Assembly: GCA_000146465.1 (NCBI GenBank)
Contig: CP001950.1
Direction: 5' to 3' (one strand)
Length of the DNA: 64,000 nucleotides
Below the pieces are notes generated by a model. That model did no database searches and was not told the DNA's origin. It worked only from the letters and a program-made list of their open reading frames with translations. A program made the position numbers and the translations under genes. How positions within the stretch are numbered: position 1 is the stretch's first letter; every line of letters starts with the position of its first letter. Positions 28,106-39,138 of this stretch are shown here, one piece after another.

Positions 28106-28215
28106 TTTAAGAAAAAAAGATCAAGCATATCAAAAAACATATATAAATCCAATTTATTTCGATAGAGAGCTTTTTCATTCCTAGAAGTAAAAGAGTAACT
28201 GATTCAAACACATAT

Positions 28216-30318
28216 TCACTCGTCATCTAAAGATATGTTGAATCCAAGTGGCTCAAACAAATACCCCTTTCCCCTGAAGAACTTCGAGTGGAATTCAACC
28301 CAATTAAGCCTTAGGGCATGAAGACACGATCCAAGACCTTCCATTCCAATGAGAAGGACAATAGTCCCAAGAATGTAAACACCAGAAAGTGCAATAGGTG
28401 CAATAAAGCCTTCTTTTCCTATTGTGAACTCATGAAGGACCCTAGTAAGTTGGGCATGGGCAAGAGAGACAGCCCATAGCCTAAGATAGGAAGAGGTATT
28501 TGAGATGAGTCCAAGACCGAACTCAACGACATGGATAAACTGATTAATCCACAAACTGGAAATCTCTTCTTTCTTCACCTTGTTTTTGGCTATCATGTAT
28601 ACAGGTTTACCTAGAAGCATCCAAGGAATACAGAGAAGCATGAGAAAGAGTAGACATAGTTGGACTCTATGCTGATATGGATATATTTCCTCTGCAACAA
28701 CGAATGGATTCGTAAACATGTTCACAAGAACCCCAATTATTGACGGATAGTTCGATGTAACTAGCCACTTGTATATTATTAAAAATACCATGTATCCAAC
28801 AAAGGAACAGAAGACAATTGTTTGGGGGATAAGAACCCCATATATCTCCACCGGCTCGTTAAAGTACATAGCATTCAAAAAAGAAATAACTATTCCCAAG
28901 CTCATGTGAAAGAATCCTATTATTATCGACATTTTCATCTTCATCGAATTGAGAAAGATCATTTCGTTTTTCGAATGGTGCCACATGTGGTCAACACCAA
29001 ACGGATAGGGCCGTCCTGTGTCTTTGCTCGAGGAAAACAGAGGAATCGTAAGAGAGCCAAAGTCAGAATACAAAAATCCAAAGAACATGGCTGCAAGTGA
29101 AAACACAAATATTATATACTTCCCATTGACAATCATCCTTAGAGTCTCCGAGCAGTTCTTGAATTTCTTTGAGTTCTTTATCATGTATACTGATAAGCAA
29201 AGAAGTAGCAATCCATGAAACACATCGCCAAACATGCATCCAAAAAGCATAGGAAATGTAAATAGAGAAAACACCGCAGGATTTATCTCTCCATACGACG
29301 GAATTGCATAGGTGTTGGTAAGAATCTGAAAGGATTCTGTAAACTCATTCGTTCTGAAGTATGTAGGAGGCATCTCTTCGCTTTCTGTGATTTCAAATGC
29401 GAAAAGGCTTGTTCCATCCCCTTTTATCTCATTGATCCTCTTTAACTTTCCTATCTCTTCTCCAAGAATCCAGGCTTCGCCGACAAGGCAATCTCGATCG
29501 AAATCAAAGCTTAACTTGTTAAGAGTCTGATATATTTTCGTTTCCTTGTTTAGATAGTACTTCCAGGTATTTGCAAAATGCCGGATCTTGTCTTGTTCCT
29601 TTTCTATTGCTTCGTCATTATGATCCTCGATTTGTTGCATCTGACTTATTGTTGCACTTAACTCAAGTAATCCTCGCTTACATTCTCTGAATTTTTTGTG
29701 ATCTAGCATTCTTCCTCCTAAAGATGAAAATATATCTCTAACCTTCTCTAAAGCTTCACAACCGTGCGCAAGCACAATAAATACCGTTTTTGTTCCTTCT
29801 TCTACATCCCTTGTCCTTATGACCAGGTTTCTTCTTAGTGCCTGATGAAGTACCTTTCTTATCAAAAGTTTTTTTCCCCTCTCAACTATCCCAGTCATGA
29901 AATCAAACTGAACAAGATGTACTTCTTCTGCAACAGTTCCAAGAAAATTCTCTGTCTCCTCCTGCATATATAGGTCCTCCTTTAACCTTCCCTGGTTTGC
30001 ATTGGTCTCTTTCTTTATCGACTTCAGCTGGGTCAATCTAGAGAAAAATTTGTTAACCTGCTCCTCCACCTGATCTATATCGCTATGCTTGATTCCCTCG
30101 TCAATTTCTCCGACGTCCCCTGTCAAGTATTGCAATCTCGAAATGAGCTTTTCCATATGTGCTATCTCCCTGGTGTACAGTAGATTCTCCGCTTTAATGC
30201 TCTTATTAAGATCTTTGAAGTGAAGAAGTCCATTCTTCCCAATCTCGGTTATCGTCTGCTTTGCAGTATCCTTGCTAAAATACATCGATACCAAACACAT
30301 CTTTTCACTCCTCAACAT
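28216..30318 (-). CDS. VPH1: V-type H+-ATPase V0 subunit a (Vph1/Stv1 family), 700 aa.
   Basis: N-terminus 'MLRSEKMCLVSMYFSKDTAKQTITEIGKNGLLHFKDLN' compared with subunit a 'FRSEEMALVQ...LGELGLVQFRDLN'. Multiple C-terminal TM helices with the conserved 'LRLWALSLAHAQL' proton-path motif. Confidence 0.9.
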   Translation of the reverse strand: MLRSEKMCLVSMYFSKDTAKQTITEIGKNGLLHFKDLNKSIKAENLLYTREIAHMEKLISRLQYLTGDVGEIDEGIKHSDIDQVEEQVNKFFSRLTQLKSIKKETNANQGRLKEDLYMQEETENFLGTVAEEVHLVQFDFMTGIVERGKKLLIRKVLHQALRRNLVIRTRDVEEGTKTVFIVLAHGCEALEKVRDIFSSLGGRMLDHKKFRECKRGLLELSATISQMQQIEDHNDEAIEKEQDKIRHFANTWKYYLNKETKIYQTLNKLSFDFDRDCLVGEAWILGEEIGKLKRINEIKGDGTSLFAFEITESEEMPPTYFRTNEFTESFQILTNTYAIPSYGEINPAVFSLFTFPMLFGCMFGDVFHGLLLLCLSVYMIKNSKKFKNCSETLRMIVNGKYIIFVFSLAAMFFGFLYSDFGSLTIPLFSSSKDTGRPYPFGVDHMWHHSKNEMIFLNSMKMKMSIIIGFFHMSLGIVISFLNAMYFNEPVEIYGVLIPQTIVFCSFVGYMVFLIIYKWLVTSNYPSIIGVLVNMFTNPFVVAEEIYPYQHRVQLCLLFLMLLCIPWMLLGKPVYMIAKNKVKKEEISSLWINQFIHVVEFGLGLISNTSSYLRLWAVSLAHAQLTRVLHEFTIGKEGFIAPIALSGVYILGTIVLLIGMEGLGSCLHALRLNWVEFHSKFFRGKGYLFEPLGFNISLDDE

Positions 30319-30544
30319 GACTATTTTGTTTGCTTGTCCTGGTGAAATCAGGGAAGAACTTTTATTTACTTTGTTTCAAATTTGAAAATCTTTGCTTCTC
30401 GGAAAAATCGAACAAATGAGGATAGTCATATTTTCCTTTCCGTTTTTGGTAGAGGGGCAGAATAGGGAGGATTTCCGTCTTAGAGATGGTATGCAAGAAT
30501 AATCTTCTTATGCAAACCCATCCATACCTACTAAAGTATATAAG

Positions 30545-33325
30545 ATGGATAGAAAACCTTCAGTAAAGTGGGAGGAGCCAGAAAGTGATCGAAAGACTGT
30601 CCCAAAAAAGATAGAAAGGCCAAGCGTCTCAACATTGGACTTTTGGAACCGGGAGCTTGAAAATCCGCTGGATTCAGATAAGGATCAAGACGAATCTACC
30701 GATATGGATGCGTTTTTCACTTCTACAGGCTGTTTGGAGAATGAAAAGGAAAGGGAATTTCTGGTGTATTCGAAATTTACTGTACGGGAAATCAAAAGAT
30801 CGACTGATTCCGTGGTGTTAGTAGGTGACAAGGTTGAATGCCATCTTTCAGGAGAATGGTGCGAGACAGAGTATAGAGTAAACGACCGGATCACTGTTCT
30901 TCACTGCATCTGTTGCAATGAGCAGGATGAAACATCTGATATTGATTACCTGGATGAGATCTTCGAGTCTGAATGTGGAGATCACTCTATGATTGAAGAA
31001 AAAGAAAATTCAGGCCAAAGTATCTTGAGAAATCGAATCTTTGTTACAAATACGGAAAACTACCTCCTCATTGAGGATGATCCCATCTCCATCACAACAC
31101 TGTGTGAGTCCTTGTCATGCAAAAATAAGCGCTATATCAACACCAAGATTGCCTCTATAAGGTTTTCTTATACCGACCTAAGAGTTCTTATTGGAGTAGT
31201 GGTTCATTCTGTGATGGAAAAGGCTCTAGTTGAAAGGAACTTCTCTTTTGACTTCTTAACAAGGCAAACGAAGGCAAAGATTTCTAAAAATGTTGCTCTG
31301 ATGCATAGATGTGGTATTGATGAAAGGACAGCTCTTAATGAATCACTGAAGTTAATAAAGAACATATACCTGTTCCGGGATCACAGGTTTGAGGTTGTTG
31401 AGACGGAAAAAAAGCTCATGTCACTCTTGTTTAACATCAAAGGGAATGCAGATGCAATTGGGGAAGACTCGGTCCTCGAGATAAAGAGCACCAAGTCTCA
31501 AAGAGCAGAACATCGTGCACAAGTAATCTTGTATGCTCTCATGCTTAGGGAAAAAACAGGAAGAGACTTTTCTCCGTGTTTGTACTATATTCCTACAAGA
31601 GAGATGGTTGAAGTTAAGCTAAAGCATCAAGAAATTCGAAGTCTGTTAAACCTTAGAAATAAGATTGCTGTTACAAGTGAACCGTGTGAATGTACATGCG
31701 ACGATTTTAGTTGCAATGCTCTGCTTAAGATAAAATCTCTCGACGAGACACATTTTCTAAGAAGTCAGCTAGACGCAATAGATTCAGAAGAAGGAAGGAC
31801 AGCAGAGTCATTTATTCCAGTTATACTTCGTTATCAAAATAATACTTTAGTTAGGCTGGATATTCAAGGAGTTTTTTCTCCCAACAACATATATCTGAGT
31901 TTGTTCAGCTCTGACTTTGTAAGAATCTCAAAGGGGATTGTTGAGGAGATTAATGGAAATAGACTATTGGTAAGACTAAACGAAGAAATACTTTTCAAAG
32001 ATAGAGAAAAGCTTTATGTGTCTTTTGGAGTCTCAGACATATTCTTCAGGTTTATGAGGTTTTCACTTGTTCATATTGCCTATCCAAGATACTGCACACC
32101 AGAGGTGATAGGAGGATTCACCCTCCCTATGGAAAAGATGGGCCTTGGTTTGGAAAACGGTTTTGATGAGCCAAACTCGGGAGACGGAGATTCTCTTTTG
32201 ACTGAAGAATTGGAGGAGTGTCTTAAAAGTGATAAAGAGGTTTTGGAAAATGACAAGGAAAAAATCAAAGCGGATGGGAATGGTGGAGATAAAACCTCTT
32301 CTAACATATCAGAAATACATACGAGTTATGAGTTGGACGATCACAAAATCACAATACCCGAAGTTTATCGGGAGGAGTTCTTAAAGCTCAACGATGATCA
32401 ACGCTCTGCATTATTTTTGTCCCTGAACTGTAAGAACTACAGAATTATACATGGAATGCCGGGGACGGGAAAAAGTACCCTAATATGCCTCTTAATTAAG
32501 ATTCTTGTTTATCTCAAAAAGAAAGTTCTTCTGATATGCTACACGAATCTTGCACTGGCAAATATTACAAAGAAGTTAAGCGGAATTAGAGTGTACACTG
32601 CCGGAAAGGAGGGCTTTTTCTTCAAAACAACCGAAGAGGCCAAGTTGTTCTTTGATAATATTGAACTGGTAGTAGGAACATGTTTTTCGTTTTCCGATCC
32701 TATCTATTTAAATAGACGGTTTGACTTCTGTGTAGTTGATGAGGGTTCTCAAATGCACCTACTTCTAACCTTGATACCTATAAGCATTTCTTCGAAGTTT
32801 GTGATAGTAGGGGATCATCTCCAACTAAAACCTCTTTCTAGATGTTCTAAGGACCTGAGTATTTCACTTTTTGAGTATTTACTTGGAAAAGATTACTCCA
32901 AACTTAGGACACAATACAGGATGGGAAATGAGATTATGAGGCTGTCAAACACCCTTTTCTACAGTAACCAACTTCTTGGGGAGAAGAGGCCATCGAAGGT
33001 TGAGTTTATAGACACCGATATCATAGATTTCATGGCATTAGTACCTTCTTTTGAAAAATGCACTATCCTCTGCTATTTCAATGCACAGGTAGATACTATA
33101 AGAGAAATGACTAGATGTATTGTAGAAACGGTGGATAGGTTTCAAGGGAGTGAAAGTGACAAGGTTGTTGTTGTCTTTGATCCTATTTCCAAGTGTGAAG
33201 TGATGGAGAGCAGCGAAAGGCTTAACGTGGCATTGACAAGGGCCAAGAAGCACCTTGTTCTTGCAGGGAGCAGGACAAAAATGATGGAAATAGACATATT
33301 GAAGAGACTTATAAGTATCTTGTAA
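30545..33325 (+). CDS. DNA2: DNA2 nuclease/helicase (N-terminally truncated relative to yeast; 926 aa).
   Basis: PD-(D/E)XK nuclease region 'DAIGEDSVLEIKSTKSQRAEHRAQVILYALML' with a Cys cluster 'CECTCDDFSC'. SF1 helicase motifs 'IIHGMPGTGKST', 'VVDEGSQM', 'QYRMGNEIMRLSN' and 'LNVALTRAKKHLVL'. Confidence 0.8.
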   Translation: MDRKPSVKWEEPESDRKTVPKKIERPSVSTLDFWNRELENPLDSDKDQDESTDMDAFFTSTGCLENEKEREFLVYSKFTVREIKRSTDSVVLVGDKVECHLSGEWCETEYRVNDRITVLHCICCNEQDETSDIDYLDEIFESECGDHSMIEEKENSGQSILRNRIFVTNTENYLLIEDDPISITTLCESLSCKNKRYINTKIASIRFSYTDLRVLIGVVVHSVMEKALVERNFSFDFLTRQTKAKISKNVALMHRCGIDERTALNESLKLIKNIYLFRDHRFEVVETEKKLMSLLFNIKGNADAIGEDSVLEIKSTKSQRAEHRAQVILYALMLREKTGRDFSPCLYYIPTREMVEVKLKHQEIRSLLNLRNKIAVTSEPCECTCDDFSCNALLKIKSLDETHFLRSQLDAIDSEEGRTAESFIPVILRYQNNTLVRLDIQGVFSPNNIYLSLFSSDFVRISKGIVEEINGNRLLVRLNEEILFKDREKLYVSFGVSDIFFRFMRFSLVHIAYPRYCTPEVIGGFTLPMEKMGLGLENGFDEPNSGDGDSLLTEELEECLKSDKEVLENDKEKIKADGNGGDKTSSNISEIHTSYELDDHKITIPEVYREEFLKLNDDQRSALFLSLNCKNYRIIHGMPGTGKSTLICLLIKILVYLKKKVLLICYTNLALANITKKLSGIRVYTAGKEGFFFKTTEEAKLFFDNIELVVGTCFSFSDPIYLNRRFDFCVVDEGSQMHLLLTLIPISISSKFVIVGDHLQLKPLSRCSKDLSISLFEYLLGKDYSKLRTQYRMGNEIMRLSNTLFYSNQLLGEKRPSKVEFIDTDIIDFMALVPSFEKCTILCYFNAQVDTIREMTRCIVETVDRFQGSESDKVVVVFDPISKCEVMESSERLNVALTRAKKHLVLAGSRTKMMEIDILKRLISIL

Positions 33326-33379
33326 GAATATCCAAGATAGTTGGTCAATCTTCATTTCATTTTTGAGTCTGAGTAGTTT

Positions 33380-33679
33380 ATGCCCCAACACCAGATGTTG
33401 TTCTATGAGTTTTTCAAATCCAACATAGGAAAACGGATTTTTGTGATGTTGAAAGCTGGAGTGTATGTGTCTGGAGTGCTAAACAGCATAGATCCATACC
33501 TCAACTTGAATCTCGAGGAAGTGGAGATCCTTAGCGACCACCCTGGATTGAGTGGGACTTCTCTGTGCTCAATACGAGGGTCGTCTATAAAATATATCCT
33601 TGCAGATAGAGATGCAGGATTACTTCAAGGAGTGAATGCTGGAAGCAGGCTTAGAATGATACTTGACAAATGTTATTGA
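33380..33679 (+). CDS. LSM2: Sm-like protein LSm2.
   Basis: 'MLFYEFFKSNIGKRIFVMLKAGVYVSGVLNSIDPYLNLNLEEVEI...CSIRGSSIKYI' compared with LSm2 'MLFYSFFKSLVGKDVVVELKNDLSICGTLHSVDQYLNIKLTDISV...CFIRGSVVRYV'. Confidence 0.8.
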   Translation: MPQHQMLFYEFFKSNIGKRIFVMLKAGVYVSGVLNSIDPYLNLNLEEVEILSDHPGLSGTSLCSIRGSSIKYILADRDAGLLQGVNAGSRLRMILDKCY

Positions 33680-33772
33680 CGTCTGTTAATTGAATAGGAA
33701 ATAAACTACTGGCTTAAGGATTATTACTATTACTATTTGTTACTCTCTTTCAACCCCATTTATTTGAGCTTA

Positions 33773-35917
33773 ATGAAAGGTTATAAGCGACAATCGAGGG
33801 AATCGACTATTGTGAAGAAATTTCTGAAAGAACATCTGAACGAAGGAACTACAAAGTCTACATGCGAAAAGATATATCAGCTTTCACAGCGTGTGGCTAA
33901 AGCTAGAATGAGCAAAAGACTCCTTTCGGAGATCATAAAGGTATCTAAAGTTTTTGTAGATGATTATGCAGAAAAAACCCGGGGAATGAGCTCAAAAGAT
34001 ACAGGAAGATGTCTTTACTCGTTTGATTGTCTTTGGAGTAGAAGCATGAATCTCTTTGGGAAAGTGTTCTGTCCAATTATACGAACTAGAAGGAAGTTTA
34101 TAGACCGTTTATCTTCAAAGTTATTTATGCAATTTGTGAAGAACATCGAGGATAAGATAGTAAAATTTATAATAGACAATATAAGAGAGGAAATACAGAA
34201 AGTAGAAACTAATAGGAGAACAAGTAAACCTGAATCCAGTAGTTTGGAATCCTCTTCTAACAAAAAGCAGAAGCTAAGCCAAGACGAGCCTGGAAAATTG
34301 GGGGAGCTTAAGGAAAGGGACTTTGGTGTATTTGAATCGCTTTCCAGAAAGGAGAAAATTTCAACTTTAATCGGCATACTTCAAGGTAGGGGATGCTTCG
34401 ATCTGTTTCTAGAAAGAGTTGTTGGGAGCTTAACTTCGGTCCTTGATGAAAAGATAGATAGGGAAGGTCTTGGGATTTTAGCAATAAAGAGACTTATTGA
34501 CGAGCAGAGAAAAGCCGGGTATATGAAGGACTACTTCTATGCAGTTGAATCGAATCTGATGAGAAAAATAGTTATAAAATATACTAATGAGGAGATTTTC
34601 AAAATGCTGGACAAAGAGGATGAAATGAGATTATGTATGGGATTTTTTTGTGCCTCCAACGAGGAGAAAAGGCTTATGGAGGCTTTGGATGTGTATTTCA
34701 GGAAAATAATGGGAAATCCTTCTATTGATGACTTTATTGGAAAATACTACTGGATCTACCTCAAGTTTAGAGAACTAGAAAATAGCAAGGATGGAGGATA
34801 CGAAAGGATTATAGAAGGAATTAGAAACTGTAAGAAAGACATTCTAAAGTTAGATGCAGAGTGTGTTGTTGAGTGCGTATGCAGATGGACGGATTCGTTT
34901 CTAAGAGGAAAAATAATCATCCAGGAGAACACCATTGAAGGGATGGAAAGTCCAATTTTTATTCCAGGGAGCGAAAGGAAGGAAGTGATAAATGTAGAAA
35001 GAGTTTTAAAGAAAATAGGGATAGACTCTCTTCTTGAAGGTAATGGATGGAGAGAGTATCTTGTATTGAATATTTTCGATATGATTGGAGAAATGTTTCG
35101 TTTCTGCGATTACAAGGAGATGTTTGAAACGACATTACAAGGCAGATTGGGAAGTAGACTTGTCTCTGGATCGTCTATATCAATGGACTGGGAGATTCGA
35201 CTAATTGATAAGATTGATTCCGGTAGAAGCACCATAGACAAGATGAGATGCATGATAAAAGACTTTATGGAAACAGAACAATTCATGGGCCATGATATTC
35301 TGCTTCTTCGGGGATGTAAGTGGCCTAGATATGAAGAGACTATCCTTAGGATCCCAGATGTTGAGGAAGTCAAGAAAAGGTACAATCACGTGGTAAAAAA
35401 CAAAAGAAAGATAATCAGATGGAACGATCTGTTATCATCCTGTGAAATTGAGTTTTTGGGACGTATGGTGAGAGTTACATTGCCTCAATACCTAATGATG
35501 AAGCTTTTGGTTGAAAAGGATAGGACGGCTGAGGATTTGAAGATTTGCAAATCCTGGGACAAGAATCTTGAAGTATTGGTTAAGAAAGGGTTGGTGAAGG
35601 TGGAAGGAAAAAGACATTTTTTGAACATGGATTATTGGAAAGGGGACTTTCCCATGGACTCGATGATTCCTGATATGTTCCCGTTGCTAGGACCGCAGAA
35701 AATCATAAAGATGTTTGATGAATCTGAGTCTTATAAGGATCTTTTAGATTGTAAAATAATAAAGGAAATGAAAGCTAATAAGACACTGAGCAAAAGTGGT
35801 CTCAAAGAACTGCTAAATAAGACGTATCCACAGGAAATTCTCGATGAAAGAATAGACAGCTTGGCAAACCGAGAGTTTTTGAGTGTTGAGGGAGAGAATA
35901 TAAAGTATGTTCCATGA
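33773..35917 (+). CDS. Cullin family protein (E3 ubiquitin ligase scaffold).
   Basis: Helical repeat body. C-terminal cullin-homology/neddylation region ('MRCMIKDFMETEQF', 'RLGSRLVSGSSISMDWEIRLIDKI', C-terminus '...ILDERIDSLANREFLSVEGENIKYVP' compared with the cullin tail 'IKKRIESLIDREYMERD...YVA'). The track start 33737 is TTG. The first ATG is at 33773. Confidence 0.65.
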   Translation: MKGYKRQSRESTIVKKFLKEHLNEGTTKSTCEKIYQLSQRVAKARMSKRLLSEIIKVSKVFVDDYAEKTRGMSSKDTGRCLYSFDCLWSRSMNLFGKVFCPIIRTRRKFIDRLSSKLFMQFVKNIEDKIVKFIIDNIREEIQKVETNRRTSKPESSSLESSSNKKQKLSQDEPGKLGELKERDFGVFESLSRKEKISTLIGILQGRGCFDLFLERVVGSLTSVLDEKIDREGLGILAIKRLIDEQRKAGYMKDYFYAVESNLMRKIVIKYTNEEIFKMLDKEDEMRLCMGFFCASNEEKRLMEALDVYFRKIMGNPSIDDFIGKYYWIYLKFRELENSKDGGYERIIEGIRNCKKDILKLDAECVVECVCRWTDSFLRGKIIIQENTIEGMESPIFIPGSERKEVINVERVLKKIGIDSLLEGNGWREYLVLNIFDMIGEMFRFCDYKEMFETTLQGRLGSRLVSGSSISMDWEIRLIDKIDSGRSTIDKMRCMIKDFMETEQFMGHDILLLRGCKWPRYEETILRIPDVEEVKKRYNHVVKNKRKIIRWNDLLSSCEIEFLGRMVRVTLPQYLMMKLLVEKDRTAEDLKICKSWDKNLEVLVKKGLVKVEGKRHFLNMDYWKGDFPMDSMIPDMFPLLGPQKIIKMFDESESYKDLLDCKIIKEMKANKTLSKSGLKELLNKTYPQEILDERIDSLANREFLSVEGENIKYVP

Positions 35918-36034
35918 TTCCCAAGTGTTCTCCATTTCCATTCTGCAAAGCGTTTATTGGATCCCTATTTTTTTGTAAAATCCAATTAAGGTCTTTGAAA
36001 TTCCGAAAATCCCCCTGGAAACTATTTCATAAAA

Positions 36035-36754
36035 ATGTTTCTCCCTTGGAGTGCAATGAATTCAGAAGCTCGGATTAAAAAGATAATGGAGGAGACAGGA
36101 TGTTCACTAGAGGTTGCAAAAAAAGCGGAGCAAGAATCCCAAGGTAACTTGAATGCGGCTATAGAAATGGCTAAGAAAAAAGGAAATGTTTTGTATTCAG
36201 GGGGAAACAGTGGGCTATATGTTGAGGAAAACCCATCGCGAAAGTCAATAACTCAATACAAAAATGGAATCCTGGTGGAGGATAAGTTCTATGATTTTTC
36301 CGTAGATAATAATATCAGACTCAAGGACATGCTGGAAAAAGGAACTTTTGATGCATCACTTCTTGTTTTGGAGGGAGATACAGCCGAAGTCATCTACAGT
36401 GAAAGGTTGGATGAGGAATACAAAGAAAAAAAGCCCCAGGAACCTTCTAAGGTAACAGCCTCGTTTGTAGGGGAAGGAAGGCAGATTGGGAACTCCAGCA
36501 GAGATATTCCTTGTAATAATATTGAAGACACGTTAGAAATAGTCCATGATGGTGATACAGTATTCAAAGTTATGATAGGGAGCAAAAGAGTCACGGTGAA
36601 AATGCACAAGTTTCAAACAGTTGGCGATTTCTTCGATTATATGGAGAGATATTATGACTTCGGGCTTGTTTTGTCTACCAATGGAAAAGAGATTCCCCCT
36701 AGCCATAGTGTTGAAGAAATATCAAACAAACTTGTTCTCCTTAGCAGAAGATAG
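36035..36754 (+). CDS. SHP1: UBX-domain Cdc48/p97 cofactor of the Shp1/p47 type (UBA-like + SEP + UBX).
   Basis: N-terminal UBA-like 'ARIKKIMEETGCSLEVAKKAEQESQGNLNAAIEM'. SEP domain 'ITQYKNGILVEDKFYDFSVDNNIRLKDMLEKGTFDASLLV'. C-terminal UBX beta-grasp region. Confidence 0.75.
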   Translation: MFLPWSAMNSEARIKKIMEETGCSLEVAKKAEQESQGNLNAAIEMAKKKGNVLYSGGNSGLYVEENPSRKSITQYKNGILVEDKFYDFSVDNNIRLKDMLEKGTFDASLLVLEGDTAEVIYSERLDEEYKEKKPQEPSKVTASFVGEGRQIGNSSRDIPCNNIEDTLEIVHDGDTVFKVMIGSKRVTVKMHKFQTVGDFFDYMERYYDFGLVLSTNGKEIPPSHSVEEISNKLVLLSRR

Positions 36755-36849
36755 GTTTAATAAAAATGATTAAATTTATTAAGTGGTGGCCAATTTTATT
36801 TTTTCTGGTGTTTATCACTTCTATATGTTCACAATGCTATGCAGGTTTA

Positions 36850-37515
36850 TTATTTTGTTTCGGGAGGCCGAAAACTCTCACAGGCATTTCTAAGTCTGAT
36901 AACATTGTCTTTACTGAAAGAAAAGCTGAGAAAACCAAACATTTCGCAGGGAAAATACAAACTTGCATACACTAACTCTATTTCTTTATACGGTTCTCTA
37001 CCTAGAATAAGTATCTTGTCCATCCTCTCCACAGAAAGTTTCCATAGCTTATTAATACATGGGACAATACAGTCTTCCCCACTGTAAACGAAAATCTCTT
37101 CTCCCTTATCTCCTTCAGTAGCTTCTGGAGTATCTCTCGCAACTTTAATGAGTCCTTTTTCTTGGAGTAGAGCAAGTACCCCGTACATCCTAAGGTACAG
37201 ACTTGGGAAATGGAAGTTGTAGTCTAGAACTTCAAACAACTCTGACTCATAATTAAAAATGTTTTTCTTATTGGATCCCGGGAGCCTTTTTATAAGAGTA
37301 TCTATATTGCCATGGAGATCCTCACACTTAGAAGCAACTATTACTATCGCATATATGACATCCCTCATTTCTTTTTTGCCTCTAAGCATTTTACCAATGG
37401 CCCTATCGAATATTTGTATAGATGTACTCCTTACCGTAACAGGTAAGTCTAATTTTATGCATGCCTCTATAATCTCCCATCTGTATCCTATGATCCTCTC
37501 TACAGAGTTTTCCAT
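36850..37515 (-). CDS. Cyclin-box protein of the cyclin C/H family (minimal, 221 aa).
   Basis: Cyclin box 'IIEACIKLDLPVTVRSTSIQIFDRAIGK...DVIYAIVIVASKCEDLH' followed by 'YESELFEVLDYNFHFPSLY', typical of transcription-type cyclins. ATG verified. Confidence 0.5.
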   Translation of the reverse strand: MENSVERIIGYRWEIIEACIKLDLPVTVRSTSIQIFDRAIGKMLRGKKEMRDVIYAIVIVASKCEDLHGNIDTLIKRLPGSNKKNIFNYESELFEVLDYNFHFPSLYLRMYGVLALLQEKGLIKVARDTPEATEGDKGEEIFVYSGEDCIVPCINKLWKLSVERMDKILILGREPYKEIELVYASLYFPCEMFGFLSFSFSKDNVIRLRNACESFRPPETK

Positions 37516-37704
37516 TCAAGGGTGCGGACAAGTCTTTATATTAGTGTGTTCCTGCATGAAATTCGTTTGTATCATACATCTCCAATCTTAAATTACAGAG
37601 AAGAATTTACAAATCGATTCTGGAAACGTTGCAAGCTTGGACTGTGTAAACAAATAAGATTGCCTATGAAAAGTAGATTCTATTCTGATGAATAAGGCCC
37701 TTTA

Positions 37705-38883
37705 TTATTTCAGAAGCTTTCGGAGATCGGAATTCAGATCTCCAGCTTTCTTCAGTACCTTATGGACTGCCATTTCAAAGTCCTCTTGTGTTACATGGAC
37801 TCTTCTTTCTCTCAGAGCATACATTCCAGCTTCTGTGCATACAGCCTTAACCTCTGCTCCAGAGCATCCGACCATCTTGCTTGCTATTGTCTCAAGATCG
37901 ATACCTTTGGTAAGATTCATCTTTCTTGAGTGAATCTTCAGGATCTCAAGCCTTGCGGATTCTTTCGGCTGGGGAAACTCAATCTTCCTATCAATCCTTC
38001 CAGTCCTCAGTAGAGCAGGATCAAGAATATCAATTCTGTTAGTTGCCATTATAACTTTGATGTTATTATGGGACTCGAATCCATCGAGCTGGTTGAGCAA
38101 TTCAAGCATGGTCCTCTGAACTTCACTATCACTTCCCTTGTTTGAATCTCCTCTTGTAGATCCAATAGAGTCGATCTCATCCATAAATATTATGGACGGG
38201 GCATGCTCTCTAGCCATAACAAAAAGTTCCCTCACCAATCTAGATCCTTCTCCAATGTATTTCTGAACAAGCTCCGACCCAGAAACTCTTATGAACTTGC
38301 ATTGGGTGTGATGAGCTACAGCTCTTGCCAACAGGGTTTTGCCTGTTCCGGGAGGACCGTACAGAAGAACTCCTTTTGGCTGGGCAATCCCAAGATTCTC
38401 AAATAGCTCAGGATGTTTTATTGGAAGCTCAATGACTTCCCGAATTTCCTTAATTTGTTCATCAAGGCCTCCTATCATTTGATATGTAGAATCAGGAACT
38501 TTTTCAACCATCATAAGAGATACAAGCGGATCTACTTTTGTAGGAAGTATTCTATGAACATCATATGAGTCACTGCGGAGAGCAACTCTTACCCCGGGCT
38601 TGAGATCATCATAATTTACTCCAGGCTCTACTTTTGCTAAGTACTTTCCATCTGGATTTGTTTTAACTAAGACTTGCATTTTTCCCATTTTTTCTACAAT
38701 CACTCCAACATTAGAGCTGGGTTCCTGCACAATAGATATTTCCTCCCTAAGAAATCTGACCCTTCTGTTCAACTCTGCCCTCTTCTGTTCCAAAACCCGA
38801 AGGACTTTACTCTTCTTGGCTATAAGCACCTCAAGATGGTCCAGTTTGTTGCTATAGAAGTTTTTGCAAAATCCCTCCACCAT
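37705..38883 (-). CDS. RPT6: 26S proteasome regulatory ATPase Rpt6 (PSMC5).
   Basis: Near-identical to Rpt6 across the AAA domain: '[80 protein letters not shown]...[16 protein letters not shown]...[29 protein letters not shown]'. The track start is TTG. The ATG at 38883 ([10 protein letters not shown]...) matches the Rpt6 N-terminus. Confidence 0.9.
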   Translation of the reverse strand: MVEGFCKNFYSNKLDHLEVLIAKKSKVLRVLEQKRAELNRRVRFLREEISIVQEPSSNVGVIVEKMGKMQVLVKTNPDGKYLAKVEPGVNYDDLKPGVRVALRSDSYDVHRILPTKVDPLVSLMMVEKVPDSTYQMIGGLDEQIKEIREVIELPIKHPELFENLGIAQPKGVLLYGPPGTGKTLLARAVAHHTQCKFIRVSGSELVQKYIGEGSRLVRELFVMAREHAPSIIFMDEIDSIGSTRGDSNKGSDSEVQRTMLELLNQLDGFESHNNIKVIMATNRIDILDPALLRTGRIDRKIEFPQPKESARLEILKIHSRKMNLTKGIDLETIASKMVGCSGAEVKAVCTEAGMYALRERRVHVTQEDFEMAVHKVLKKAGDLNSDLRKLLK

Positions 38884-39066
38884 CTCAAGGGATTGTATTA
38901 GGATTAGATTTTCATTCAACAAACAAACAACTTTTCGGGCACAGGAAGACTTAGTAAATTCAAGGCATATTCATTATGGAAGAGATCAAGAAGTCCTCTT
39001 TGGCATAGATGTCTCGTCCAGTAAAGTTGGAAGTGTGGCTGAAGTTTACATCCTGGACATATATCG

Positions 39067-39137
39067 GCTGGATTAGCTTAGTGGTAGAGCATGGCGTTGT
39101 GGCCGCCAAGATGCGGGTTCGATTCCCGCATTCAGCA
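39067..39137 (+). tRNA. tRNA-His (anticodon GTG), with a genomically encoded G at -1 (39066).
   Basis: Acceptor gctggat/attcagc. D-arm gctt-agtggta-gagc. Anticodon stem tggcg/cgcca with loop t-t-GTG-g-c. T-arm gcggg-ttcgatt-cccgc. Discriminator A. Followed by cttttg...ctttttcttt T-runs. Confidence 0.9.
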
Positions 39138-39138
39138 C

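Noticed and set aside
33721-33745. Short (TTACTA)n-like microsatellite upstream of the cullin gene
   Set aside because: Only about 3 imperfect units. This is ordinary AT-rich promoter sequence.
37595-37604. 'ACAGAGAAGA' decamer resembling the U6 snRNA ACAGAGA box, in the spacer upstream of RPT6
   Set aside because: The flanking sequence does not continue into the conserved U6 core (GATTAGCATGGCCCCTGCGCAAGGATGACACGC). There is no 5' stem-loop either. An isolated 10-mer match is expected by chance.
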